This document shows, piece after piece, positions 37,753 to 45,886 of a stretch of DNA of 64,000 bases. The stretch is from Candidatus Woesearchaeota archaeon. Its GTDB lineage: Archaea; Nanobdellota; Nanobdellia; UBA10117; ARS21. The notes under the pieces were generated by a model. It saw only the letters and a program-made list of their open reading frames with translations, was not told the origin of the DNA and did not search any database. The position numbers were made by a program, and so were the translations under genes. Location: contig CAYFNR010000002.1 of NCBI GenBank assembly GCA_964344605.1, positions 2,140 to 66,139 of the forward strand. The letters run 5' to 3'. Every line of letters starts with the position of its first letter. Position 1 is the stretch's first letter.

Positions 37753-39117
37753 TTAACCTAATCCTAGCGGCAAGTCTGGCATGTTCCCTCCAAACCTTTT
37801 CATCATCTTTTTCATCTTTCCGCCACCTTTTCCCGAGAACATTTTGAGCATTTGCTTCATTTGTTTGTGTTGTTTTAGAAGGTCACGGACTTCTGATTCT
37901 TCCCTGCCACTGCCAGACGATATACGTTTAATTCTTGAATGATTAATAAGTTCAGGATTTTCTTTTTCTTCTGGAGTCATTGAATCCATTAAGAATTTCC
38001 AGACTTTCATTTTATCCTCTTGGTCTTTCATGGCGCCTTCTGGGATTTTCATTCCACCCATTCCAGGGATAAGGTTTGCAATCTGTCCAAAAGAACCCAT
38101 TTTGTTAAGAGCTTCCATTTGTTCGTAAAGATCTTGTAGGCTCAGTTCTCCTTTCATGACTTTCTTGCCCATCTTTGCGGCTTGCTCTTTGTCAATTGCA
38201 GTTTCTGCTTTTTTCAGCAAAGTTTCTAAATCTCCCATTCCTAAAAGTCTTGAAACAAAATTCTTCGGCTTGAAGTCTTCTAAGTCGTCTAACTTTTCAC
38301 CAACTCCAATAAGTTTGACATTTGCGTTTGTGGCTGAGCAAGCAGACAAAGCTCCACCACCTTTTGCTGTTCCATCCAACTTTGTAACTATAATTCCAGT
38401 AACTCCAGCAGTTTCATGAAACTTGCTCGCCTGTGTTTCAGCAGTTTGACCAATGTCAGCTGGAAGAACCAGTAGACTTTCATCTGGATTTACTGCGGCA
38501 GTTACTTTCTTGATTTCATCAATAAGTTCATTGTTTAGAGCGTCTCTACCTGCTGTATCAATGATTACGACGTCAAACTTCTCAAATTTATTTTGGTTTG
38601 CTTTGACTATTTTTACTGGATTCCGTTCTTCGGCATCTCCAAAAAAGTCTACGTGTGTTTTTTCTGCAAGTTGCTTCAGTTGGTCGTATGCCGCAGGTCT
38701 CCAAGTATCTGTTTGTACAACAGCAACTTTCTTTCCCTGCTTTTTGAACATTTTGGCAAGCTTGCCGGCCGTAGTTGTTTTACCAGAACCAAAAAGTCCA
38801 ACAAGCATTATTTTAGTTGGCTTTTTGTCAACTTTGATTTCTTCATAGTTCTTTCCGAGAAGATTAGTTATTTCATTGTAAACAATATTAACTGTGTGTT
38901 CGCGAGCAGTTAGACCTTTTGCTGGTTTTTCCTTCAGAGCTCGTTTTTCTATTTTTTCAGAGACTTCTTTGGCGAGTTTAATATTAACATCTGCTGATAT
39001 GAGTGTCTTTTTGATATCTTCAGATAACTCTTTAACTGCAGCTTTATCTACCAAACCTACTTTCGTTATCTTCTGCAGCGCGTTTTTCAGTCCAGAGCTT
39101 AATTTGTCTAATACCAT
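37753..39117 (-). CDS. srp54: signal recognition particle protein SRP54
   Basis: N domain, G domain GLFGSGKTTT / DTAGR / TKLDG, Met-rich M domain (KMMKRFGGNMPD). Confidence 0.95.
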   Translation of the reverse strand: MVLDKLSSGLKNALQKITKVGLVDKAAVKELSEDIKKTLISADVNIKLAKEVSEKIEKRALKEKPAKGLTAREHTVNIVYNEITNLLGKNYEEIKVDKKPTKIMLVGLFGSGKTTTAGKLAKMFKKQGKKVAVVQTDTWRPAAYDQLKQLAEKTHVDFFGDAEERNPVKIVKANQNKFEKFDVVIIDTAGRDALNNELIDEIKKVTAAVNPDESLLVLPADIGQTAETQASKFHETAGVTGIIVTKLDGTAKGGGALSACSATNANVKLIGVGEKLDDLEDFKPKNFVSRLLGMGDLETLLKKAETAIDKEQAAKMGKKVMKGELSLQDLYEQMEALNKMGSFGQIANLIPGMGGMKIPEGAMKDQEDKMKVWKFLMDSMTPEEKENPELINHSRIKRISSGSGREESEVRDLLKQHKQMKQMLKMFSGKGGGKMKKMMKRFGGNMPDLPLGLG

Positions 39118-39141
39118 ATTTCTACCGTGTTTTTTGGGTTT

Positions 39142-40038
39142 TTAAAGTATTTGTTTTATGATTTTTCCTGAATCAAACATTTCCAAGTCTTTATATTCTT
39201 GGCCTGTACCTAGGAACAGGATCGGTTTACTACTTTCAAAACCAACTGAGATTATTGCTCCTCCACGTTCGTCAGCATCTGTTTTTGTGAGTATTGAACT
39301 ATCTACTCCAATTTTTTCATTGAAAATTTTAGCTTGCTCGACAGCATCGTTCCCCGTTAGAGAATCAACCACCAAGACCGTTAGATCTGGATTGGAGACC
39401 CTCTTCACTTTTGCAAGTTCGTCCATTAAATCTTGGTTTGCATGACTTCTACCTGCGCTGTCTATAAGCACAAAATCTAGCCCCTTCGCTTTTGCGTGCT
39501 CAATTGCGTCGTATGCAACTGCGGCTGCGTCTGACCCATATTTGTGCTTAATTAATTTAATACCTACCTTGTCCGCGTGAGTCTGTAGTTGTTCAATGGC
39601 TGCAGCCCGGAATGTATCGCTGGCCGCCAAGACTACCGTCTTTTTTTGTTTTTTTAGCCAGTGTGCAACTTTTGCCAGAGTGGTCGTTTTTCCAGCACCG
39701 TTAACTCCTACAAAGAGTATTACGAATGGTTTCTTGTTTTCTGAAATCTCTAACAAATTAATTTCTTTTGGTTTGTTTAGAATATCTGAAAGAGTTTTTT
39801 CCAGATTTTTCTTAAGGTCTTTTTTTGTCTTACTCTTTCTTAATTCCCTGCACACTTCCTGCGCAATGTCGTAAGCTATATTATTTTGGAGAAGACCTTC
39901 TTCTAATTCTTTAACAGAAGACTCAAATCTTTTTTCCGAAACTTTTTTTATAACGCTTTTTTTCTCTTTTTTAGTGATCTCTTCTTTGGTACTCTTTTTA
40001 TTAAACTTTGAGAATACACCTTTTAATTTTTTGAACAT
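39142..40038 (-). CDS. ftsY: SRP receptor FtsY
   Basis: FVGVNGAGKTTT, DSAGR, TKTDA G-domain motifs; likely start MFKKLKG at 40038 avoiding overlap with pfdA. Confidence 0.9.
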   Translation of the reverse strand: MFKKLKGVFSKFNKKSTKEEITKKEKKSVIKKVSEKRFESSVKELEEGLLQNNIAYDIAQEVCRELRKSKTKKDLKKNLEKTLSDILNKPKEINLLEISENKKPFVILFVGVNGAGKTTTLAKVAHWLKKQKKTVVLAASDTFRAAAIEQLQTHADKVGIKLIKHKYGSDAAAVAYDAIEHAKAKGLDFVLIDSAGRSHANQDLMDELAKVKRVSNPDLTVLVVDSLTGNDAVEQAKIFNEKIGVDSSILTKTDADERGGAIISVGFESSKPILFLGTGQEYKDLEMFDSGKIIKQIL

Positions 40039-40039
40039 T

Positions 40040-40453
40040 TTATTGTCCTGACTCTTTATGTAGCTGTGCTTGAAGTGCCTGGGCTTGAACTGCAAGCATT
40101 TGATAATTTTGAGTTAGATTTCTAGAAAGTTCTTCGAACTGTTTGATTTGTTTTTTAATTGATTTGCTTATTTCTGCGGGCTTTTTTTCAGCAAAGATAT
40201 CTGCACCGACATTGACAAGCAAATTTTTAGTGTCTAGGACTTTTGATTTTACATAAACTCCTAATCCTAAAGGAGAAAAAGAATTAACATTGGATTTATT
40301 ATTATCCAATTCCCCTAAGCTTTTATTCATGTTCAGAAGCTCTTGCTTCTTGTTTTCAACATGTACAACTTGCTCCTGTAAGTCATTTAGTTGATTTTCT
40401 ATAAGCTGCAGTTGCAAATATGCTTGCTGAAGTCCTTCTTTATCTTTTCCCAT
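40040..40453 (-). CDS. pfdA: prefoldin alpha subunit
   Basis: coiled coil - beta hairpins - coiled coil architecture, 137 aa, conserved L31e-eIF6-LX-pfdA-ftsY order. Confidence 0.6.
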   Translation of the reverse strand: MGKDKEGLQQAYLQLQLIENQLNDLQEQVVHVENKKQELLNMNKSLGELDNNKSNVNSFSPLGLGVYVKSKVLDTKNLLVNVGADIFAEKKPAEISKSIKKQIKQFEELSRNLTQNYQMLAVQAQALQAQLHKESGQ

Positions 40454-40454
40454 T

Positions 40455-40664
40455 TTACTCAGATTCGTCCAAAACGACGCTTACGTCGCTTGTTTCAGCT
40501 ATGTTGAGTATATTTATAAGTCTTCTGGGAGTGCCGTGTTTGCTTCCAAGCAAACACATGATAAGTTCTTTAGCATGATCCTCATCTCTCGCAGTAATAT
40601 CTTTGTTGAGGGTTGCATGTTGCTTGCCCATCTTAAACTTTGCAGAAACCTTGAATTTTTTCAT
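40455..40664 (-). CDS. rplX: ribosomal protein LX (L18Ae/L20A)
   Basis: 69 aa MKKFKVSAKFKMGKQ.. typical LX start, conserved cluster position. Confidence 0.65.
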   Translation of the reverse strand: MKKFKVSAKFKMGKQHATLNKDITARDEDHAKELIMCLLGSKHGTPRRLINILNIAETSDVSVVLDESE

Positions 40665-40703
40665 TATTGTTCAAAGTCCCGAAAATATAAAACAATTATG
40701 AAA

Positions 40704-41393
40704 CTACTTGTTGAGGAAACCTAAGCTTTCGTCTGCCCTGGCTATCTCATATCCGCTACTTAATGTGCTTACTACAAGCCCAAATGAATTCGCTACTACT
40801 CCAGACCCAACCATCTTTCCACCCATACTTATGGTTCCGAGGCCAATTTCAAATCCAAGAAGCTTCTCCAGTTGAGTTATATCTGATTCAGACAAGTCTG
40901 TTGGGAAAATTGCACCTTTATTTGTAAGAGTGCCAGCTGATCCAGGCAACAAAGAAAGTGTACCCATTTTCAATCCGCGTTTTACTTTGACACCCAAAAC
41001 TTTTCCTATTTCTTTCGCTTTTGCTGCTGAAAACTCTTCATTGACTACAGCCACTTTGTCATTTGTAAGAATATTATTCCCAAGAGCATTTAATTCAGTT
41101 TTAACGACTTTTACTTCAGCTAGACCCTTGACTTTTTCTTTAATTTCTTTTAACTCATCTTTGAAAATTACTTCAGGCACTAAAATGGTATTTGAGTTTG
41201 CACATATGAACAATCCAATTAGATTTGTGTTGTAGATATTTATTTGAATTGGTGGAACTTTGAAGATTTTTTCTAGTTTTTTTAATTGCGTAGAACTAAC
41301 ATCTTTGCCAACCAGAAAGAATTTGTCAGTTGCGACACAGTAAAGTCCAACGTTGGGGTCACCCTTAAAACTAAATTTGTCGATATGAACCAT
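40704..41393 (-). CDS. eif6: translation initiation factor 6 (aIF6)
   Basis: Pentein repeats with G-x-x-x-V/L pattern (VGLYCVATDKFFLVG, IGLFICANSNTILVP, LGNNILTNDKVAVVN), 229 aa. Confidence 0.85.
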   Translation of the reverse strand: MVHIDKFSFKGDPNVGLYCVATDKFFLVGKDVSSTQLKKLEKIFKVPPIQINIYNTNLIGLFICANSNTILVPEVIFKDELKEIKEKVKGLAEVKVVKTELNALGNNILTNDKVAVVNEEFSAAKAKEIGKVLGVKVKRGLKMGTLSLLPGSAGTLTNKGAIFPTDLSESDITQLEKLLGFEIGLGTISMGGKMVGSGVVANSFGLVVSTLSSGYEIARADESLGFLNK

Positions 41394-41395
41394 AT

Positions 41396-41926
41396 CTATT
41401 TTTTACTCATCTTTAATTCTTGCTGTCTTGTTGGAGTAGTTTTGCTTTTCTTAGTTTTCCTTTTTTCTTCAGCAGCCTTTGCTTCCTCAAGTTCCTTCTG
41501 GAGGTCTTTCCTAGAAGCCTTCTTTTCTTCCTTTGCTTTCTTAGATGGTGCTTTTTTCTTGGTTGGCTTTTCTTCAGCTTTCTTCTCAGGAAGTTCAGCT
41601 TTTTTATCTTCAGCTTCTTTCTTTGCTTCAGCTTCCATCAAACGCTTTGCGCGCGGTGAAAGTTCAACAAGTTCAGCAGTTACAAAATCTTTCTCTTTTT
41701 TTATTTCGACTTTGACTTTTCCAGGAGGGTTCTTGCCTCCGTGCTTCCAAATTTCTTCATTTAGCCATCGTCCTATTTTGATGTCTTCAGTCTTGGTATG
41801 TTTTATTAGAAAATTCCTGACTTCTGAAACGGCTCTTTTGCTCCTCCGCCATTTCGGAGCTTTAAGAAAACCTTTTCTAAGTGGAATAGTATAAGTTCTT
41901 GTGGAGCCCTCTTTTAGTCGTGCCAT
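41396..41926 (-). CDS. rpl31e: ribosomal protein L31e with ~85-aa Lys/Glu/Ala-rich C-terminal extension
   Basis: N-terminal L31e core (TYTIPLRKGFLKAPKWRRSKRAVSEVRNFL), tail KKEAEDKKAELPEKKAEEKPTKKKAPSKKAKEEKK.. Confidence 0.7.
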   Translation of the reverse strand: MARLKEGSTRTYTIPLRKGFLKAPKWRRSKRAVSEVRNFLIKHTKTEDIKIGRWLNEEIWKHGGKNPPGKVKVEIKKEKDFVTAELVELSPRAKRLMEAEAKKEAEDKKAELPEKKAEEKPTKKKAPSKKAKEEKKASRKDLQKELEEAKAAEEKRKTKKSKTTPTRQQELKMSKK

Positions 41927-41927
41927 T

Positions 41928-42101
41928 TTAAGGTCTTATACTTCTTCTCCTCCAAGTCCTTTTAATTCTGTTTAATCTTGAAGGATGAACTTTTCTGCCT
42001 GGACCAAATACTTTGGGGATCAACCAAACTGGTGCCCATCTAGTCTGCCTCCTAGCCCTAGCGAGCCTGTTCTTTTTCCCCGAATGTTTTCTTGAACTCA
42101 T
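41928..42101 (-). CDS. rpl39e: ribosomal protein L39e
   Basis: Hand-translated 57 aa MSSRKHSGKKNRLARARRQTRWAPVWLIPK.. matches L39e; ATGA overlap with rps19e stop; missed by ORF track. Confidence 0.7.
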   Translation of the reverse strand: MSSRKHSGKKNRLARARRQTRWAPVWLIPKVFGPGRKVHPSRLNRIKRTWRRRSIRP

Positions 42102-42532
42102 TTTGCCACCTTAGAGGCTTTCATAATTTTAACTGCAGTCTTATCTAATAAAGCCTGTCCTGATGCTGTAATTACTCTACCTTTTCGATCCCCCTCACTT
42201 TTTTTGATTAATTTGGCTTCTTCAAGTTGCTGAAGAATCTTTCTGATTATATTTCCAGAGGCTTTTGCCATTCTTCCTGGCTTTGTTCCTCTGTTTTGAC
42301 GGCCACCATATTTTGTACGAAGCTTTGAAACTCCGACAGGTCCGTTCTTATAAATTTGCTTTAGAACAGAAGCTGCTCTTATACTCCACCAGTTTTCTTG
42401 GGTTGGAGGTCTCTCTTTATGTATGCCAGTTTTTACGAAATTGTGCCACTCTGGTGCCTTTAGTTTACCTTCTAATTCTCTGGCTAGCTCTTCTGTGAGC
42501 TTCTGTTGATTGACGTCATGTATTGAAGCCAT
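42098..42532 (-). CDS. rps19e: ribosomal protein S19e
   Basis: 144 aa, conserved EWHNFVKTG, RKILQQLE motifs. Confidence 0.85.
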   Translation of the reverse strand: MASIHDVNQQKLTEELARELEGKLKAPEWHNFVKTGIHKERPPTQENWWSIRAASVLKQIYKNGPVGVSKLRTKYGGRQNRGTKPGRMAKASGNIIRKILQQLEEAKLIKKSEGDRKGRVITASGQALLDKTAVKIMKASKVAK

Positions 42533-42568
42533 GGTCTAAGCTAATCTCAGCCCAATTTAAAAGCTTTC

Positions 42569-42883
42569 TTATTTCAGGAAAATTACAACAAGAAATAATA
42601 ATAGGAAGATAAAGGCATGATTTCTCTTTCCGTTTAGGCTTGTCTGTGCTAGAATCAATCCAAATATTACTAAAGCCACACTTGCTTCATATTCGAGTCT
42701 CCAGGCGAGGCCAAGAATCAATCCATATATTACTGCGAGCAAGGCGCCAAATTTTCCAAGCGCTTTGGCAAAAGCCGATTTTCTTAACTTTTTACCTTCA
42801 TCTTTTGTCCATTTCCCGAGTAAAGGACCAAGTATGTAAGCGAAAGATACTGTTAGACCAAGCAGGAGCTTCTGAATCATATT
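42569..42883 (-). CDS. small hypothetical membrane protein (3 TM)
   Basis: Hydrophobic helices; start placed at internal Met MIQKLLLG. Confidence 0.35.
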   Translation of the reverse strand, partial: NMIQKLLLGLTVSFAYILGPLLGKWTKDEGKKLRKSAFAKALGKFGALLAVIYGLILGLAWRLEYEASVALVIFGLILAQTSLNGKRNHAFIFLLLFLVVIFLK

Positions 42884-42911
42884 ATATTTAATACAACATG
42901 ATTTTAAATGC

Positions 42912-43454
42912 TTGCTGTCAACCAAATTTATGAAAATTCATACTGCCAAAGGAGTTTATGTACCAAGAGAGGACTCTTTTTTGCTTGAGAAAGTCGTTAG
43001 AAAATTCTGCAAAGAAAACAAACCAAAGGCCGTTTTGGACGTCGGAACGGGAACTGGGATACAGGCAATTGCGGCAAAGCTTTCTGGAGCGCAAGAAGTC
43101 ACGGCTGTTGATATTAATCCCTCAGCTGTTAAACTTGTAAAGAAAAATGCTGAACGGAATGGAGTTGAAGTTAGAGCTTTTCAGTCTGATCTGTTTTCAA
43201 ATGTGAAAGAGTCTTTTGACTTGATAATATTCAATGCTCCTTATCTTCCATTAGATCCACCGATAGATCCCCAATGGAGTGGCGGCCGGAAGCTTATAGA
43301 AAAGTTCGTTGAGAATGCGAAGAGGCATGTCAACTCCGGTGGAAAATTGCTGTTTGTTTATTCTTCAAAATCTCCAATCAAAACAAAGCACAAAATACTT
43401 GCAGAGAATACAATGTCCGACGGAGAAATCGTTTATGTGGCAACTCTGAAATAA
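42912..43454 (+). CDS. HemK/Mtq2-family N5-glutamine (protein) methyltransferase
   Basis: Motif I VLDVGTGTGIQA, NPPY-like IIFNAPYLP substrate motif, 180 aa. Confidence 0.65.
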   Translation: MLSTKFMKIHTAKGVYVPREDSFLLEKVVRKFCKENKPKAVLDVGTGTGIQAIAAKLSGAQEVTAVDINPSAVKLVKKNAERNGVEVRAFQSDLFSNVKESFDLIIFNAPYLPLDPPIDPQWSGGRKLIEKFVENAKRHVNSGGKLLFVYSSKSPIKTKHKILAENTMSDGEIVYVATLK

Positions 43455-43461
43455 CAACCAC

Positions 43462-43476
43462 AAGTTTTTATGTAAG
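43462..43476 (+). promoter_or_regulatory. putative TATA box for structured ncRNA (tttttatgtaag)
   Basis: AT-rich TATA-like element ~25 nt upstream of onset of GC-rich segment. Confidence 0.3.
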
Positions 43477-43492
43477 CAATTACTATGCTTTA

Positions 43493-43769
43493 GAAGCAGT
43501 GGGCATACCGCATAGATTGTTGCGTTAAGATTCGTCTCTTCGCGAACGAATGGTTGTGGCAATTAGGTGTTGAGGGCAACTGCCAGTGACTTAGAGTGAC
43601 TAGTAAGGCTTTAGGCCGCGAAAGCGAACCTTATTAGACTCACTTAATCCGGCTGGCATCTCTTGTTATCTGGATTGGCTACGAACTGCAATATTTAAGT
43701 CGCCCCCATGGGCTGGAAAGTGTTGTAGGAGCAGACCTCTCCTGTGCGGGCCTAAGCTGCTACTTTTTC
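43493..43769 (+). ncRNA. unidentified structured ncRNA (~275 nt); RNase P RNA is a candidate
   Basis: GC-rich island without ORF in any frame; multiple perfect hairpins (AGGAG-CAGACCT-CTCCT, CGC-GAAA-GCG, CCCAUGGG); 5' AGAAGCAGU can pair with 3' GCUGCUACU (P1-like closure); ends in oligo-T (ctacttttt); weak resemblance to RNase P CR-I/P5-P7 (GUGGGCAUACCGCAUAG, GGGCAACUGCCAG). Confidence 0.4.
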
Positions 43770-44314
43770 TTAACAACTAAATTCTTAACAAAGAAACTAT
43801 TTGGAATCATTATGTCATGACCATTCTTAGTTCTAATATGTGTATCAATTAGATCAATCTTCTTAATCTTGCCTTCGACGTCTTTGACTTTTATTGTCTG
43901 GCCAACTTTCAACCTTTTTTTGTAGATTATATATGCCCCTGCAACTGCATTCGGAACAAAATCCTTTATACTTAAGAAAAGGCCAACAGCAACTATTACT
44001 AATAATATTGTTAAAATTTGATTGAGGAAATTCAAAGCAACTCCAATTTGATTAAGGGCCAGAATCAGGGCAAGGATATAAATTAGATACTTAATTGTGG
44101 ACCCAACGACCATATCCACACGACGCTTTTTCTTACCTTTGCCATTAAGCTTTAATCTTTGTATGGCATTTGATGCTAAATTGCCAGCGGCCCGTCCCGC
44201 CATAAATCCGACTATTATTATCAGAATAGCAATTATGAATCTTGAGAACGTTGATAGGATAGGTAAGGCCTCTTCTATTCTTACTCCAAAGAAGCTCAAT
44301 GCGCCAATTAACAT
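43760..44314 (-). CDS. mini MscS-like mechanosensitive channel
   Basis: 3 TM helices then beta domain with VGQTIKV..G.I..I....T.IRT.NGHDIMIPNS signature; lacks the usual C-terminal alpha-beta domain (184 aa). Confidence 0.55.
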   Translation of the reverse strand: MLIGALSFFGVRIEEALPILSTFSRFIIAILIIIVGFMAGRAAGNLASNAIQRLKLNGKGKKKRRVDMVVGSTIKYLIYILALILALNQIGVALNFLNQILTILLVIVAVGLFLSIKDFVPNAVAGAYIIYKKRLKVGQTIKVKDVEGKIKKIDLIDTHIRTKNGHDIMIPNSFFVKNLVVKKK

Positions 44315-44364
44315 GTCTTGGAGAGAACGAAAAGGCTATTAAAAGCTTTTTGCTAGCAGTAATT

Positions 44365-45252
44365 ATGCCAACAAACGTGACTCATGAATATTTGACGGCC
44401 GAAGCTGAATTTCACGAGGCGCAGACAACCTCTGATAAGATTAAAGCTCTCAGAAAAATGTTAGCAACTGCTCCAACTCACAAAGGAGCGGAGAAGATGA
44501 GGGGCCAGATCAAAAAGCAGATTTCTAAATATAGAGATATTGCCGAGAAGGAGAAAAAAACTGGGAAAGGTAAGTCCTATGCCATATCTAAGGAAGGTGC
44601 GGCTCAAATTGTTATTATAGGTCTCCCAAATTCTGGAAAATCTACTTTGCTTTCCAAACTATCTGGGAAGGATGTAAAAGTTGCAGAGTACGAATTTACA
44701 ACAAAAGAACCTGAAATGAGAATGATTCCTTTTGAAAATGTATGGATACAAGCAATAGAATTGCCAGCAATCTATCCAAGATATCACGAATCTAAACAAG
44801 GCAGGCAAATGCTTTCTTTGCTGAGGAATTCTGATTTTGTTTTGGTGGTCTTGAAGAAGTTGAAAGATTTGAAGATGATAGAGTCAGAGCTCAAGTCAGC
44901 AGGCATAGAACTCAAGGCGAAGCGTAAGTACAGGGAAGACTTAACAGAACACATGCCATCCATGAATATAGGTTGGAAAGATTTTGACAGCAAGGGATTG
45001 CTGTTGAAGATTTGGAAAAGCCAGAACAAAATTAGAGTCCAGACTAAAACAGCCGGTAAGGTAGCTAAAAAGCCAATAGTTCTAAAAAAGGGAGCAACTG
45101 TTGGTGAGGCCGCAAAACATATACATAAGGACTTTGTAAAGAATTTTAGACATGCTAAAATCTGGGGGCCTTCAGCTAAATTTAATGGGCAGCAAGTAGG
45201 TCTAGAGCATGTTCTTAAAGATAAGGATGTTGTGGAGATATTCACTAAATGA
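44365..45252 (+). CDS. DRG/Obg-family GTPase-like protein with TGS domain and degenerate G3/G4 motifs
   Basis: G1 GLPNSGKST, G2 YEFTTKEP, but ELPA in place of DxPG and no NKxD; C-terminal TGS-like domain (KKPIVLKKGATVGEAAKHIHKDF..); start at internal ATG 44365. Confidence 0.6.
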   Translation: MPTNVTHEYLTAEAEFHEAQTTSDKIKALRKMLATAPTHKGAEKMRGQIKKQISKYRDIAEKEKKTGKGKSYAISKEGAAQIVIIGLPNSGKSTLLSKLSGKDVKVAEYEFTTKEPEMRMIPFENVWIQAIELPAIYPRYHESKQGRQMLSLLRNSDFVLVVLKKLKDLKMIESELKSAGIELKAKRKYREDLTEHMPSMNIGWKDFDSKGLLLKIWKSQNKIRVQTKTAGKVAKKPIVLKKGATVGEAAKHIHKDFVKNFRHAKIWGPSAKFNGQQVGLEHVLKDKDVVEIFTK

Positions 45253-45629
45253 AAGTTAAAGGTTCAAACGCCGAACGTGAGCTTGTAGCAATGTTTTGGG
45301 AGATGGGATTCGCAGCTTTGCGAATTGCTGGTTCTGGAAGAATGAATTTCCCTTGCTCTGACGTCCTGGCTTCAGACGGTGAGAGGATATTTTCTATAGA
45401 ATGCAAGTCAACGAAGAAAAAGCACCAATACATAACAAACGCTCAGATTGGTGATTTGCACAAGTTTTCTGCTATGTTTAGTGCCCAGCCGGTCGTAGGT
45501 GTAAAGTTTGGTTCAGAGTGGCGTTTCTATAATCCTGAAGGATTAAAAAGAACTCCTTCCGGACAAGTCGTAATTAACAAGAAGGATAATTTTAGGACGT
45601 TTGCTGAGTTGATAAGTGAAGGTATTTAG
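45249..45629 (+). CDS. hjc: Holliday junction resolvase Hjc
   Basis: KGSNAERELV..GFAALRIAGSG..SDVLA..IFSIECKSTKK Hjc/PD-(D/E)xK signature, 126 aa, ATGA overlap with upstream gene. Confidence 0.75.
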   Translation: MKVKGSNAERELVAMFWEMGFAALRIAGSGRMNFPCSDVLASDGERIFSIECKSTKKKHQYITNAQIGDLHKFSAMFSAQPVVGVKFGSEWRFYNPEGLKRTPSGQVVINKKDNFRTFAELISEGI

Positions 45630-45886
45630 CTCTTCTTTAAGAACTCTGCAATTTCATTTGCTGCTGCTTTTTTGCCTGTAAGTAAAAGCATAGACAAAAG
45701 GATAATTGCAATTAGGATTGGCAGGGCTATTATAATTGTGAACTTTTGGGCAGAAGTTCCCTGCATCACATTGTAGAAATACCAAGACATATAAGAAAAC
45801 AAAGCTGCAATGAAAATGCAGACTCCTAGTAAAGCGTAGTATGCTTTCTCAGCGAATATGTAAACTTTTTCGTTTTCAAGAGCCAT
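45626..45886 (-). CDS. small hypothetical membrane protein (2 TM)
   Basis: Two hydrophobic helices, start/stop coupling with downstream transporter gene. Confidence 0.3.
   Translation of the reverse strand: MALENEKVYIFAEKAYYALLGVCIFIAALFSYMSWYFYNVMQGTSAQKFTIIIALPILIAIILLSMLLLTGKKAAANEIAEFLKKS

Noticed and set aside
41286-41894. 202-aa + strand ORF opposite rpl31e/eif6
   Set aside because: It is a low-complexity (Phe/Ser/Leu) antisense frame of the K/E-rich L31e tail.
43493-43769. Confident call of RNase P RNA
   Set aside because: The canonical CR-I (GGAAAGUCCGGGC) and CR-IV/V (ACAGAANCCGGCUUA) motifs are not clearly present. It is kept only as a candidate identity for a structured ncRNA.
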